Shown: positions 39,417 through 48,467 of the stretch, piece by piece
How positions within the stretch are numbered: the stretch's first letter is position 1
Layout of the letters: the number at the start of each line of letters is the position of its first letter
DNA from: an uncultured bacterium
GTDB taxonomy: Bacteria; Oederibacteriota; JAAXVQ01; JAUVAV01
Length of the DNA stretch: 64,000 nt
NCBI GenBank assembly: GCA_963710755.1
Contig: CAVQBK010000004.1
Location: 32,001-96,000, forward strand
Reading direction: 5' to 3'
Position numbers and translations under genes: made by a program
Notes under the pieces: generated by a model
Databases searched by the model: none
What the model saw: the letters and a program-made list of their open reading frames with translations, nothing else
What the model was told of the DNA's origin: nothing

Positions 39417-39626
39417 ATGCAGCAACTGAGTTTTGAAAAAATCGTGGAAAAGATTGAAAGAAAGTACGAAGCCGTGGTACGTATGTCGGTGAAGGCCCGG
39501 GCCCTGGCAGAAAGTGAACGGGTCAGTGATCCTGAAAAGGAAGTCAAAGTCACCACCTTGGCACTGGATGAATACCTGCGGGAAAATCATCTCGAAGATT
39601 TGGCGGACGAGGGCGATCGGCCGTAA
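39417..39626 (+). CDS. rpoZ: RNA polymerase omega subunit
   Basis: KYEAVV…KARAL…KVTTLALDE; conserved position between gmk and coaBC. Confidence 0.8.
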   Translation: MQQLSFEKIVEKIERKYEAVVRMSVKARALAESERVSDPEKEVKVTTLALDEYLRENHLEDLADEGDRP

Positions 39627-39647
39627 AGCCGATTAGAAGGGAATGTT

Positions 39648-40850
39648 ATGGAATTAACAGGCAAGCGCATTTTAGTGGGTGTTTGCGGAGGCATCGCAGC
39701 CTATAAAGCTGCGGAAGTGGCCCGCAAGCTGGTCAAGGCCGGTGCCGAAGTCTCGGTGGTCATGACCGCCAATGCCACACGTTTTGTCACACCCCTGACC
39801 TTTCGTACCCTTACCAGCAGGCCTGTAGCTACCGATCTGTTTTCCGATCCCGGTTCGCCGGTGCCCCATATTAGCCTAGCCACCTGGCCTGATCTGATCA
39901 TCGTGGTCCCGGCTACTGCGGATTTAATCAGCCGCGCGGCCGCAGGCCGGGCTAATGATTTGCTGGCGGCCATCCTGCTGGACACACCAGCGCCCGTGCT
40001 GATGGCGCCGGCCATGAATTCCCGCATGTGGCGTCACCGCGCCACTCAAGCCAATCTGGAAAAACTGAGAAGCTGGGGCATGACCATGGTCAGTCCCGGC
40101 AGGGGAGACCTGGCCTGCGGCGAGATCGGTGAAGGCCGGTTGGCGGAAGTAGATGAAATTGTGGCAGCGGTTCGCGCCCGATTCCAGCCGTCCGGCCCCC
40201 TGGCCGGCAAACACGTTCTGATTACAGCCGGGCCTACCCGCGAAGCCTGGGATGCCATCCGCTTTTTATCCAACCGATCCAGCGGCAAGATGGGCTATGC
40301 CTTGGCCGCAGAAGCGCAGCGCCGTGGGGCCAAGGTCATGCTTATTTCCGGACCAGTCAGTCTCATACCACCAGCAGGCGTAGACTTTCGTTCCGTAGAA
40401 AACGCCCAGGAGATGGAGGAGGCCGCTTTGGCAGCTTATCCTAAGGCGGATGTGGTGATTGCCGCTGCGGCGGTGGCGGATTACAAACCGGAGGCTCCGC
40501 AGGAGATTAAAATAAAAAAAACTTCCGAGACCATGTCCATTCCCCTGGTGCCCACCCCGGATATTTTAAAAAAAATGGGCGAGCAGAAAACCCATCAGCT
40601 GCTGGTGGGCTTCGCTGCGGAAAATGAGGATCCTCTTCGATTTGGTTTGGAAAAAATGCGCCGCAAGCATTGTGATCTCATGATTTCCAATTATGCTTCT
40701 GGTCCGCAGGCGGCCTTTAACCAGGAGAAAGCAACCATTTTCATGCTCGATGAACAGCAGCAAGAACAGATCCCGTCCCAATCCAAAACCGTACTGGCCG
40801 GCCTGATTCTGGACCGGGTGGAACAACACTTGATGCAGAGGAAAAGTTAG
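39648..40850 (+). CDS. coaBC: Phosphopantothenoylcysteine decarboxylase/synthase
   Basis: GGIAAYKA, PATAD, PAMN, LACG, TAGPTRE, NRSSGKMG, AAVADY, VGFAAE. Confidence 0.97.
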   Translation: MELTGKRILVGVCGGIAAYKAAEVARKLVKAGAEVSVVMTANATRFVTPLTFRTLTSRPVATDLFSDPGSPVPHISLATWPDLIIVVPATADLISRAAAGRANDLLAAILLDTPAPVLMAPAMNSRMWRHRATQANLEKLRSWGMTMVSPGRGDLACGEIGEGRLAEVDEIVAAVRARFQPSGPLAGKHVLITAGPTREAWDAIRFLSNRSSGKMGYALAAEAQRRGAKVMLISGPVSLIPPAGVDFRSVENAQEMEEAALAAYPKADVVIAAAAVADYKPEAPQEIKIKKTSETMSIPLVPTPDILKKMGEQKTHQLLVGFAAENEDPLRFGLEKMRRKHCDLMISNYASGPQAAFNQEKATIFMLDEQQQEQIPSQSKTVLAGLILDRVEQHLMQRKS

Positions 40851-40851
40851 G

Positions 40852-42531
40852 GTGTTTCTTTTTAAAAGATTTCGTTTTCTAAGTACTTGTGCGGCAGGCC
40901 TAGTCCTATTGGCGGTCGTGACGGGCCAAGCTTATGGACAATCCCCAAGCAAGGCCAATGAAGTGCTTATTCATTTTAAAGCCCAGGTCGCGCCTGATGT
41001 GCTGGCCCAGGAAGCCAAAAAGTTAAACCTGCAAGTCACCTCCGCTCAGGCCGTGCGCCAGGCGTTCATGGCGGATCAGCATTTGCAGTCCGCCTCCGCC
41101 CAAACAGAACTGGGCGTGGTGATGGCCCGCTTTGCCGGTCAGGAAACCACGCAAAGCGTAGCTCAGCGGGTGGCCCAGTCGCCGCTGGTGCAATGGGCTG
41201 AGCCCAATTATTTGCGCGTCCCTTTCGAGGCTCTGCCCAATGGGCCCGATGATACCTATTATCAAGGGGCGTTAACACTTCCCGGGAACGACAATCATCT
41301 CAGCGGGTCCGTTCGTGCCTGGTGGGTGGACCAGGTGCATGCGGACGCCGTCTTTGCCAACCATCTGGTCACTGCCAAAGATACGATCATTGTGGCCATC
41401 ATTGATAGTGGAGTGCGTTTAACTCACGAAGACCTGAGCTCCAAACTGATCGCAGGTTATGACTTTGGCAGCTTTGATAATGATCCCAGCGATGAACTAG
41501 GTCACGGCACCCATGTGGCGGGCATTCTGGACGCCCAGGCCAATAATCTTCTGGGTGTTCCGGGCATTGCTTATCTGGATCAGATTAAACTGATGCCGTT
41601 AAAAGTGGCGGACGATTACGGCCAAATGCACGATTATGCCATCAGTTCAGCCATTGTCTATGCTGCTGATCATGGGGCCCGGATCATCAACATGAGCCTC
41701 GGCGGCCCGGACAAAGGCCAGACCCTGGAGTCCGCCATTGACTATGCCCATCGCCAGGGGTGTCTCATAGTAGCTTCGGCCGGCAACAGTGCCCTGGATT
41801 GGGATTCGATTTATGGCATGAATCCGATCATGTATCCTGCTTCCTTTAATCACGTGGTTTCCGTGGCAGCCACCAACAGTGTCAGTGCCCGGGCGGGCTA
41901 TTCGGAATACAACCAATATGTGGATCTGGCTGCTCCCGGAGGGGATACCAGAACTAACGATCCTGCGGGGATGATCCTGAGCACTTATTTTCTTAACAAC
42001 AGCAGTTACGAAGCCTTGATGGGCACGTCCATGGCTGCACCGGTCGTGTCGGGTGCAGCAGCCTTGCTTTTTGCCCAGGATCCCAGCCGTACGCCCGATC
42101 AAGTGGAGGCCATTTTAACCAGCACGGCCGACAAAGTGGACAGCCTGGCCAATGACAGTGACGGCTACAATGAATTTCTGGGCTGGGGGCAAGTCAATGT
42201 CCTCAAAGCCGTGACTCAGAGTTCCACCCGCCCGGCAAGCACTGATGAAAAAGGATCCTACAATTACCCCAATCCTTTTAATCCTGCACTGGATAGATTT
42301 ACCAATATTCTTATTCCACGCAAAGGCCAGCAAGCGCAGCTGACGATTTATAACAGCTTTGGCCATCCGGTGATTACCATGACGAAGCAAGGCAACCAGG
42401 TCTACAGCGGCAATGTCTTTCAGTGGGACGGCCGTGATGACCGCCAGGTCATGGTAGCCAATGGGGTTTATTTTTATATTTTGAAAATCGATGGGCAGGT
42501 TTATCACAATAAGATTGCCCTGAAACAATAG
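40852..42531 (+). CDS. Secreted subtilisin-like (S8) serine protease with a T9SS-like/FlgD-Ig C-terminal domain
   Basis: Signal peptide; WAEPNY; IDSG, HGTHVAG, GTSMAAP; YNYPNPFNP…WDGRD…VANGVYFY…KIALKQ. Confidence 0.92.
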   Translation: MFLFKRFRFLSTCAAGLVLLAVVTGQAYGQSPSKANEVLIHFKAQVAPDVLAQEAKKLNLQVTSAQAVRQAFMADQHLQSASAQTELGVVMARFAGQETTQSVAQRVAQSPLVQWAEPNYLRVPFEALPNGPDDTYYQGALTLPGNDNHLSGSVRAWWVDQVHADAVFANHLVTAKDTIIVAIIDSGVRLTHEDLSSKLIAGYDFGSFDNDPSDELGHGTHVAGILDAQANNLLGVPGIAYLDQIKLMPLKVADDYGQMHDYAISSAIVYAADHGARIINMSLGGPDKGQTLESAIDYAHRQGCLIVASAGNSALDWDSIYGMNPIMYPASFNHVVSVAATNSVSARAGYSEYNQYVDLAAPGGDTRTNDPAGMILSTYFLNNSSYEALMGTSMAAPVVSGAAALLFAQDPSRTPDQVEAILTSTADKVDSLANDSDGYNEFLGWGQVNVLKAVTQSSTRPASTDEKGSYNYPNPFNPALDRFTNILIPRKGQQAQLTIYNSFGHPVITMTKQGNQVYSGNVFQWDGRDDRQVMVANGVYFYILKIDGQVYHNKIALKQ

Positions 42532-42544
42532 GGAAAGGGTTGGC

Positions 42545-43669
42545 ATGAAACACATCTTTTTAATTTTTACCATCATGATGCTCGGGTTGATGGCCGGTCT
42601 ACAGGCCAATGCCGCCGATCCGTCGGCCGGCAATGCCGCCCCTTATTTACGGGCAGGCGCGGGCGCGCGGGCCTTGGCCATGGGTAATGCCGCCACGGCG
42701 GCGACCAATGATGCTTTCGCGCCCCTATGGAATCCGGCAGCCATGGATTTGCTGCCCACATGGGCCATGTCTGGCCAAACCGCTGTTCTCGGTTGGGATC
42801 AAGTCTGGAATATCCTGGGCCTGATTTATCCCGTGCATGAGGAGAATCATATTGATTATGCCGTTGGCTTCACCTGGATCAGCTACTCAGCAGGCAATGA
42901 TTTGGAACGGCGTGATGGCAATCAATCAGCGCCGGATGGCACCTTTGGCGAGAGCCAGACCGCCCTGGTGGGCAGCCTGTCCCGTTCCTTTGGGGACCAT
43001 CTGCATTTGGGGATTAACGGAAAAATCCTCTTGCATCATTTGGATGATAGCGATGCTAATGGATTTGCATTAGACTTGGGCCTATGGCATGACCCCATGC
43101 CTTCGCTGGCATGGGGTTTGGTCATTCAGGATTTATTAGGGTCGCTTAAATGGCCCAGCGAGCATGTCGATAACCTGCCTGTGGTAATCAGGCCCGGTGT
43201 GGTTTGGAAAACAGCTGAAGACAAACTGCGGGTGGCGGCTGACCTGGGCTTGCTTTATGACAACCGCGCCGGACAATTCAATCATCTGGCCTATCATGCG
43301 GGCGCTGAATATTGTCTATTTCCTTTTCTGGCAATAAGGGCCGGTGTCAACGACGACCAAGCTACCGCCGGCTTGGGGTGGACTTTTGCAGTAAGCACTA
43401 TGGCTGATGTGGCCCTGGACTATGCCTTTGCCTGGGAACGGGCGGCCTCTTTTGGGTATACCCATTTAATATCTTTGTCCATACAATTATATTCAGCAAA
43501 TGGCAGCTCTAAAGTCAATCCCGGCTCCAATATTGATACCCACCCAGAGGTTAATACCAACCCTGCGGTTAATCACCATTCGGAAGTTAATCCCAACGCA
43601 GAGATTAATGCTGGTCCTGATGACGATGACAATATTGATCTTAGCGAAATTGAAGAAGACATGCCATGA
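42545..43669 (+). CDS. PorV/PorQ-like outer-membrane beta-barrel with an acidic repetitive C-terminal tail
   Basis: APYLRAGAGARALAMGNA…WNPA; DLG, GAEY, LAIRAG, LDYAF, THLISL; Asn/Asp-rich tail. Confidence 0.82.
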   Translation: MKHIFLIFTIMMLGLMAGLQANAADPSAGNAAPYLRAGAGARALAMGNAATAATNDAFAPLWNPAAMDLLPTWAMSGQTAVLGWDQVWNILGLIYPVHEENHIDYAVGFTWISYSAGNDLERRDGNQSAPDGTFGESQTALVGSLSRSFGDHLHLGINGKILLHHLDDSDANGFALDLGLWHDPMPSLAWGLVIQDLLGSLKWPSEHVDNLPVVIRPGVVWKTAEDKLRVAADLGLLYDNRAGQFNHLAYHAGAEYCLFPFLAIRAGVNDDQATAGLGWTFAVSTMADVALDYAFAWERAASFGYTHLISLSIQLYSANGSSKVNPGSNIDTHPEVNTNPAVNHHSEVNPNAEINAGPDDDDNIDLSEIEEDMP

Positions 43670-44430
43670 AACCGCAGACGCTTACCCCCAAACAGCAGCT
43701 TTTGGCTCAAATGGATCACCTCAAGCAAGTGCTGATGGACTGGAAAAACCAGGGCCAAGAGGCTGTGTTTTTTAACCAACCTGCGCCTGCACCGACACCA
43801 TCCGGCATGGCGTCCAAGGGCACAGCGCGTCCCCGCCCGGCCAAGGTGCCCCAAAATGAATTTGAACAATTGGCGTGCGAGGTTAAAGAGTGTGTGCGCT
43901 GCGCTATTGCCAAAGAACGCAAACAGGCGGTTTTTGGGGAAGGCAGTATGAAACCGCGCTTGCTGTTTGTCGGTGAAGCTCCGGGCGCGGATGAAGACCG
44001 GGAAGGTCGGCCTTTCGTGGGCGCGGCCGGCAAACTGTTGACCAAGATTATTGAATCCATCGGGCTTAAACGGGAAGACGTTTACATCTGTAATGTTTTA
44101 AAATGCCGCCCCACCGGCAACCGCAATCCCCTGCCTGAAGAAATTGAAAATTGTCGGCCCTATTTGGAACAGCAGCTGGCATATTTAAAGCCCGAACTGA
44201 TTTGTGCATTGGGCACCTTTGCCGCCCAGACTTTGCTGGAGTCCAAGGAGCCTATTGGTAAATTACGGGGCCGTACCTTCACTTACCAGGGCATACCGGT
44301 TATTCCCACTCTGCACCCGGCGGCCCTGCTTTACCATCCTCAAAACAAACGGCTGGTCTGGGAAGATATGAAGAAAATCGCCCAGCGCCTTAACCTCTCC
44401 CTCAATCCCTCTTCCGGTCAAGCCACCTAG
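43666..44430 (+). CDS. Family 4 (Fe-S) uracil-DNA glycosylase
   Basis: CVRC, FVGEAPG, PFVG, NVLKCRP, HPAALL. Confidence 0.93.
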   Translation: MKPQTLTPKQQLLAQMDHLKQVLMDWKNQGQEAVFFNQPAPAPTPSGMASKGTARPRPAKVPQNEFEQLACEVKECVRCAIAKERKQAVFGEGSMKPRLLFVGEAPGADEDREGRPFVGAAGKLLTKIIESIGLKREDVYICNVLKCRPTGNRNPLPEEIENCRPYLEQQLAYLKPELICALGTFAAQTLLESKEPIGKLRGRTFTYQGIPVIPTLHPAALLYHPQNKRLVWEDMKKIAQRLNLSLNPSSGQAT

Positions 44431-44675
44431 TCCAACTTGCCAAAGGACTTGACGGCCGTTCTTTTTTCACGCAGAATAAACAGCCTAACCCGGTAGAAGA
44501 CGCCAGTTCTACAGGGTACAGGCATCGGGCATGCGCCGGACAAGGGCCTGTACGTTACAACAACGTTTTATACACATTGGCATTGCTGGGTGGGACAATT
44601 GGTTAATTCAGGCTTTACCAGCTAGAGTTGTAGAGGTGATGCAGTTAAAAACCATATCTGGGAGGGATGCACTTG

Positions 44676-45995
44676 ATGAAAAAATGGATGATGGCTGTTC
44701 TTGTGGGATGCTTAACACTACCGCCAATGCTGGCACAGGCCGCAACCTCGAAAAAAGGCCAATCTCAGTCCAATACGGGCATCAGTGATGAATTCACTTT
44801 CAAAGGTATGATTGATCTCAAAGCGTTTAATATGTCCAATATCGCTTACACCGAAACATCTGATTGGTATTTCTATCCTGTTTACCGCACCATTGTTTCG
44901 AAGGGTTTTGCCAAGCAACATTTCACGTTATTGGCTGACTTGGAAAAACCAGGCTATGCTGATGTAACCTATCCATTTATCAAAGTCAATGAACTCTATG
45001 CTAAATTTCAGGAATCCACTTTTTATGTTAAGTTAGGCCGCCAGCAATTCGGTGACACCGATGATCTGCTTTTAGGCTTGCAGAACGATGCCATCAGCGC
45101 GGGGTTTGATCTAGGCAGTGTGGATCTGATGGCCTTCTTTGCCCGGACCCGTTTGCTGGCACCCTGGGTCACTGGCGGCTTCATTGAAAGCTTGATTGGC
45201 TTTGTGCCTACCTTTGACATGGGTCATAACATGAATCTCGATGCCAAACTGCTCATTGGCAATCAACCTATTACCATTACCACCGGTACGCCCCACGACA
45301 GCATCAATTCGTTGGTGCAGGCCGGTGGCCGCTTCAATATGCTCCTACCTGCAGGAGACGAGGCCACCCTTGATCTGGCGGCCCAGTTGGGCTTGCAATT
45401 CGCCATGGCCAGGACCGCCACGGACAACAGCATTGACGCCACTTCTCTGGGCGTCAAGCTGGATGCCACTTACGGCATGAAGGCTGACCAATTTAATCTG
45501 GATATTGGCGGTCATATTATTTATACGGGCGGCAATCCTGAACCAGGGACGAACACCAAAGCCGGCTTTGCCAGCCTCAATGCGCTGCCCGGCGCCGGAC
45601 CAGGACTGTTTTCTAAAATCGAAGACGGTGCCGGACCCTATACCTATTTGGATGACCATTTGGCTGGTTTGATCATCCGCGACCTGGCGGGGATTATGGC
45701 CGCCGGCTTGACGGCGAAAATGGAAATTGGTGCCATTGTGCCCGGCCTGGGCTTTTGGTTTTATTCGGACACCAACAAAGACGGCAAAGGCCTGGGCATG
45801 GAAGTGGACTTCAGCGCGGCTTATCGCCTTTCCCAGACCGTGTCTTTTTATGCCCAGTTGGGCCTGTTCACCCCCAATCGTGACGGCCTGGAAGGCCGGG
45901 GATTATGGCAACCCAATCCGCCGGCACCTTTGCCGGCCACCCCTGATCCCAAGGCTGTTACCAAGTTGCTGATCGGCAGTTCCATTAACTTCTAA
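44676..45995 (+). CDS. Outer-membrane beta-barrel protein (alginate-export/porin-like)
   Basis: Signal peptide; ELYAK, VKLGRQ, GMEVDF; terminal Phe (SSINF); exact start Met uncertain (44667/44676). Confidence 0.7.
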   Translation: MKKWMMAVLVGCLTLPPMLAQAATSKKGQSQSNTGISDEFTFKGMIDLKAFNMSNIAYTETSDWYFYPVYRTIVSKGFAKQHFTLLADLEKPGYADVTYPFIKVNELYAKFQESTFYVKLGRQQFGDTDDLLLGLQNDAISAGFDLGSVDLMAFFARTRLLAPWVTGGFIESLIGFVPTFDMGHNMNLDAKLLIGNQPITITTGTPHDSINSLVQAGGRFNMLLPAGDEATLDLAAQLGLQFAMARTATDNSIDATSLGVKLDATYGMKADQFNLDIGGHIIYTGGNPEPGTNTKAGFASLNALPGAGPGLFSKIEDGAGPYTYLDDHLAGLIIRDLAGIMAAGLTAKMEIGAIVPGLGFWFYSDTNKDGKGLGMEVDFSAAYRLSQTVSFYAQLGLFTPNRDGLEGRGLWQPNPPAPLPATPDPKAVTKLLIGSSINF

Positions 45996-46006
45996 GGGGA
46001 AGGGCC

Positions 46007-46423
46007 ATGAAAAATATCTTTGCGGTTCTTATGATGCTTGTGCTGGGCAGCGTGATGGCTGGCCTGGCAGGGTGCGCCTTCCGTTCACCCACCACGCCCA
46101 TGCTGCCGGGCAGCACCATCGGCTCCCCGGGGCATGATGTTCAGACCGAAGGCGGCACGGTGACAGGCATGGTCAGCGGCGTACTCGATACGGATATGGT
46201 GATCATCACCGCGTTTCCAACAGATTCGACGATCGTGACCAGCTATACAGCTGTTATTATGGGCAGTGGTGATTACAGTGTGGTAGACATTCCGCCCGGG
46301 GCCTATTGGGCTAGCGCCACGGTTTTTCGCGGTGATCTGGCTATCGATCAAGCTAATTACCCGGAAGAGATCACCATTACCGAGGCTTTGGAAACCATTA
46401 GTAATGTTGATTTTGCCTTTTAG
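46007..46423 (+). CDS. Lipoprotein with a carboxypeptidase-regulatory/Ig-like beta domain
   Basis: Lipobox LAGC; GTVTGMV…GDYSVVDIPPGAY…NVDF. Confidence 0.7.
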   Translation: MKNIFAVLMMLVLGSVMAGLAGCAFRSPTTPMLPGSTIGSPGHDVQTEGGTVTGMVSGVLDTDMVIITAFPTDSTIVTSYTAVIMGSGDYSVVDIPPGAYWASATVFRGDLAIDQANYPEEITITEALETISNVDFAF

Positions 46424-46622
46424 CCTATTCATGTCGGGTACAGGCTTCTTGTCCGGCCCATACCGGATGAAGACACCGAAGGTTTTTCAACCAAAGCGGG
46501 CCTTCGGCACCAGTAAAGCAAGGTAGATTAATCGTGTTGAATGTAAAAATGAAATACGATAAACTTTTAACCTTGGTCGGACGTAAGACCATATTCAATC
46601 CTAAAGAAAGATTGTGGAATCC

Positions 46623-48245
46623 ATGAGAAAACTATTAAGGTTACTGATGAGTTGGCTATTGATGCTGGCCCTGGCAGGCGGCGCGGCTTGGGCGGATTGG
46701 GTTCAGGATGGCGGCAGCGCAAATATAAATACATCCAAAAGCGCCATGGAACCGAGCTTGGCGTTTTTTAACACTATTCCCTATGTGGCTTGGCGTGAAG
46801 ACAATGGCACCACCTTTCAGACCTGCTTAAAACACTGGACAGGCAGCGGCTGGAGTTTCGATGCTTCCAGTTTAAACGCCGACAACACCCAGTGGGCAAG
46901 TAATCCCAAGTTGATAATCAATAATGGATGGTTTTATGTTCTCTGGAGTGAAGGGAGCACGACACCACACATCTTTGCGCGACAGTATACTGGCAGTAGC
47001 TGGTCAAGCGCAGTCAATATTCAAGTCAATACCACTTGGAAAGGTGTTTTCCCAACCCTTGGTATTGTCAACGGCACGGTTTACGCTGCTTGGAAAGAAC
47101 AAACCGGGATTAATTCAGTGCAGGTTTATGTGAAGTATTGGAATGGTTCCAGCTGGGTTTCGCGGGGCGGCAACCTGGCCACTGATGCTTATTGGTATAG
47201 CTCGCCCAGCATTGCCGGGTTGGGTAGTGTCCCTTATGTGGCCTATGAAGAAGCATCCGGTCCCTCAATTGTGGTTAAGCATTGGGGTGGAAGCGGTTGG
47301 GTGCAGGACGGCGGCAGCTTAAATGTCCATCCTGGCAACGCCGCCTATAAACCTTGCTTGGTGAACGGTAACGGCACGCTCTATGCCGCTTGGAGTGAGG
47401 TCTACGGTACCAGCCAGCAGATTTATGTTAAACACTGGACCGGATCAACTTGGGTTCAGGATGGCGGCAGTTTGAACATCAATCCAGCCCAAGACGCTTA
47501 CCAACCATCCATGACCGCGGTTAATGGCACGCCCTATGTGGCTTGGACCGAAACTGGTACCAAAACCCAGCTGTATATGAAGCATTTGAGTGGAGGAAGC
47601 TGGGTTACCGATGGCGGGAGTTTCAACCGCCATACGAATTTGGATAATTCCGGCGTCAGTTTGGCGAATTCCTCAGGCAATGTGGTTTATGCGGCTTTTA
47701 TGGAAAATCCCGGGACCACACCTCTGGATTATCAAATCTATCTCAGTCACTATGTAGCACCGACCGCCACGCCCAGCTTTACACCGACCAAGACCGTCAC
47801 GCGGACCATTACCCCTACCCTAACGGTCACCTCTACGCCAACCATGGCCATCACTCCAGCGACACTCTCGCCAACCCCCACCAAAACAGCGCAAGTGATG
47901 CCAACCGCCACCATCACCGTCACATCCACCATTACTCCTATTGCTGGTTTTAATGGCAAATTGCTGGACCCAAAATACACTTATTTTGCCCCCAATCCCA
48001 CGCGGGGAGATCATCTGAAGTTTGTGGTCCAGGTGCCCCGTGCTTGTGAATTGGAGTGCAAACTATACACCACGAGCCATCGCTCAGTGCTGGGCTTCAA
48101 CCTTTCCTGTCCAGGACAAGGTCAATATGAACACAGGGAATATGTGGGCAATCTGGCCAATGGCGTTTATTTATTGTTGGTCAAGGCCAAGAGTGCCGAC
48201 GGCACGGAAGACCGGGTTATTAAAAAATTAGCCCTCATAAAGTAG
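46623..48245 (+). CDS. Secreted beta-propeller-like repeat protein with a Thr/Pro linker and T9SS-like C-terminal domain
   Basis: Signal peptide; about six ~50-aa repeats (WVQDGGSLN…P.L…PYVAW.E…YVKHW.G); TPT-rich linker; YFAPNP…LANGVYLL…KKLALIK. Confidence 0.82.
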   Translation: MRKLLRLLMSWLLMLALAGGAAWADWVQDGGSANINTSKSAMEPSLAFFNTIPYVAWREDNGTTFQTCLKHWTGSGWSFDASSLNADNTQWASNPKLIINNGWFYVLWSEGSTTPHIFARQYTGSSWSSAVNIQVNTTWKGVFPTLGIVNGTVYAAWKEQTGINSVQVYVKYWNGSSWVSRGGNLATDAYWYSSPSIAGLGSVPYVAYEEASGPSIVVKHWGGSGWVQDGGSLNVHPGNAAYKPCLVNGNGTLYAAWSEVYGTSQQIYVKHWTGSTWVQDGGSLNINPAQDAYQPSMTAVNGTPYVAWTETGTKTQLYMKHLSGGSWVTDGGSFNRHTNLDNSGVSLANSSGNVVYAAFMENPGTTPLDYQIYLSHYVAPTATPSFTPTKTVTRTITPTLTVTSTPTMAITPATLSPTPTKTAQVMPTATITVTSTITPIAGFNGKLLDPKYTYFAPNPTRGDHLKFVVQVPRACELECKLYTTSHRSVLGFNLSCPGQGQYEHREYVGNLANGVYLLLVKAKSADGTEDRVIKKLALIK

Positions 48246-48424
48246 GGACTAAGGCCACTCATGATTTTTAACATCCAATCCGCTTTCCCCGAATAAATAT
48301 CGGGGAGATACCCTGAAGGCGGGCACTTTTGGGGGTTGGGTGAGGGTTTTTCTAAGAACCCTGAGATTGACTTTTTTTCTTACCGGCAGGACAATGCTCT
48401 TGTTGGCGATGCCCAAGGACCCTT

Positions 48425-48459
48425 TCCCCATGAAGCACGCTTCATGGGGATTTTTTTTT
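48425..48459 (+). terminator. Terminator hairpin immediately before the priA RBS
   Basis: tccccatgaagc-ac-gcttcatgggga-ttttttttt. Confidence 0.8.
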
Positions 48460-48467
48460 GGAGTGCT

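Noticed and set aside
48336-48467. N-terminal extension of PriA in the ORF track; GGCGATG at ~48405 as a fluoride riboswitch
   Set aside because: The extension runs through a terminator hairpin, and the ATG at 48468 has an RBS. The sequence after GGCGATG lacks the fluoride riboswitch pairing and consensus.
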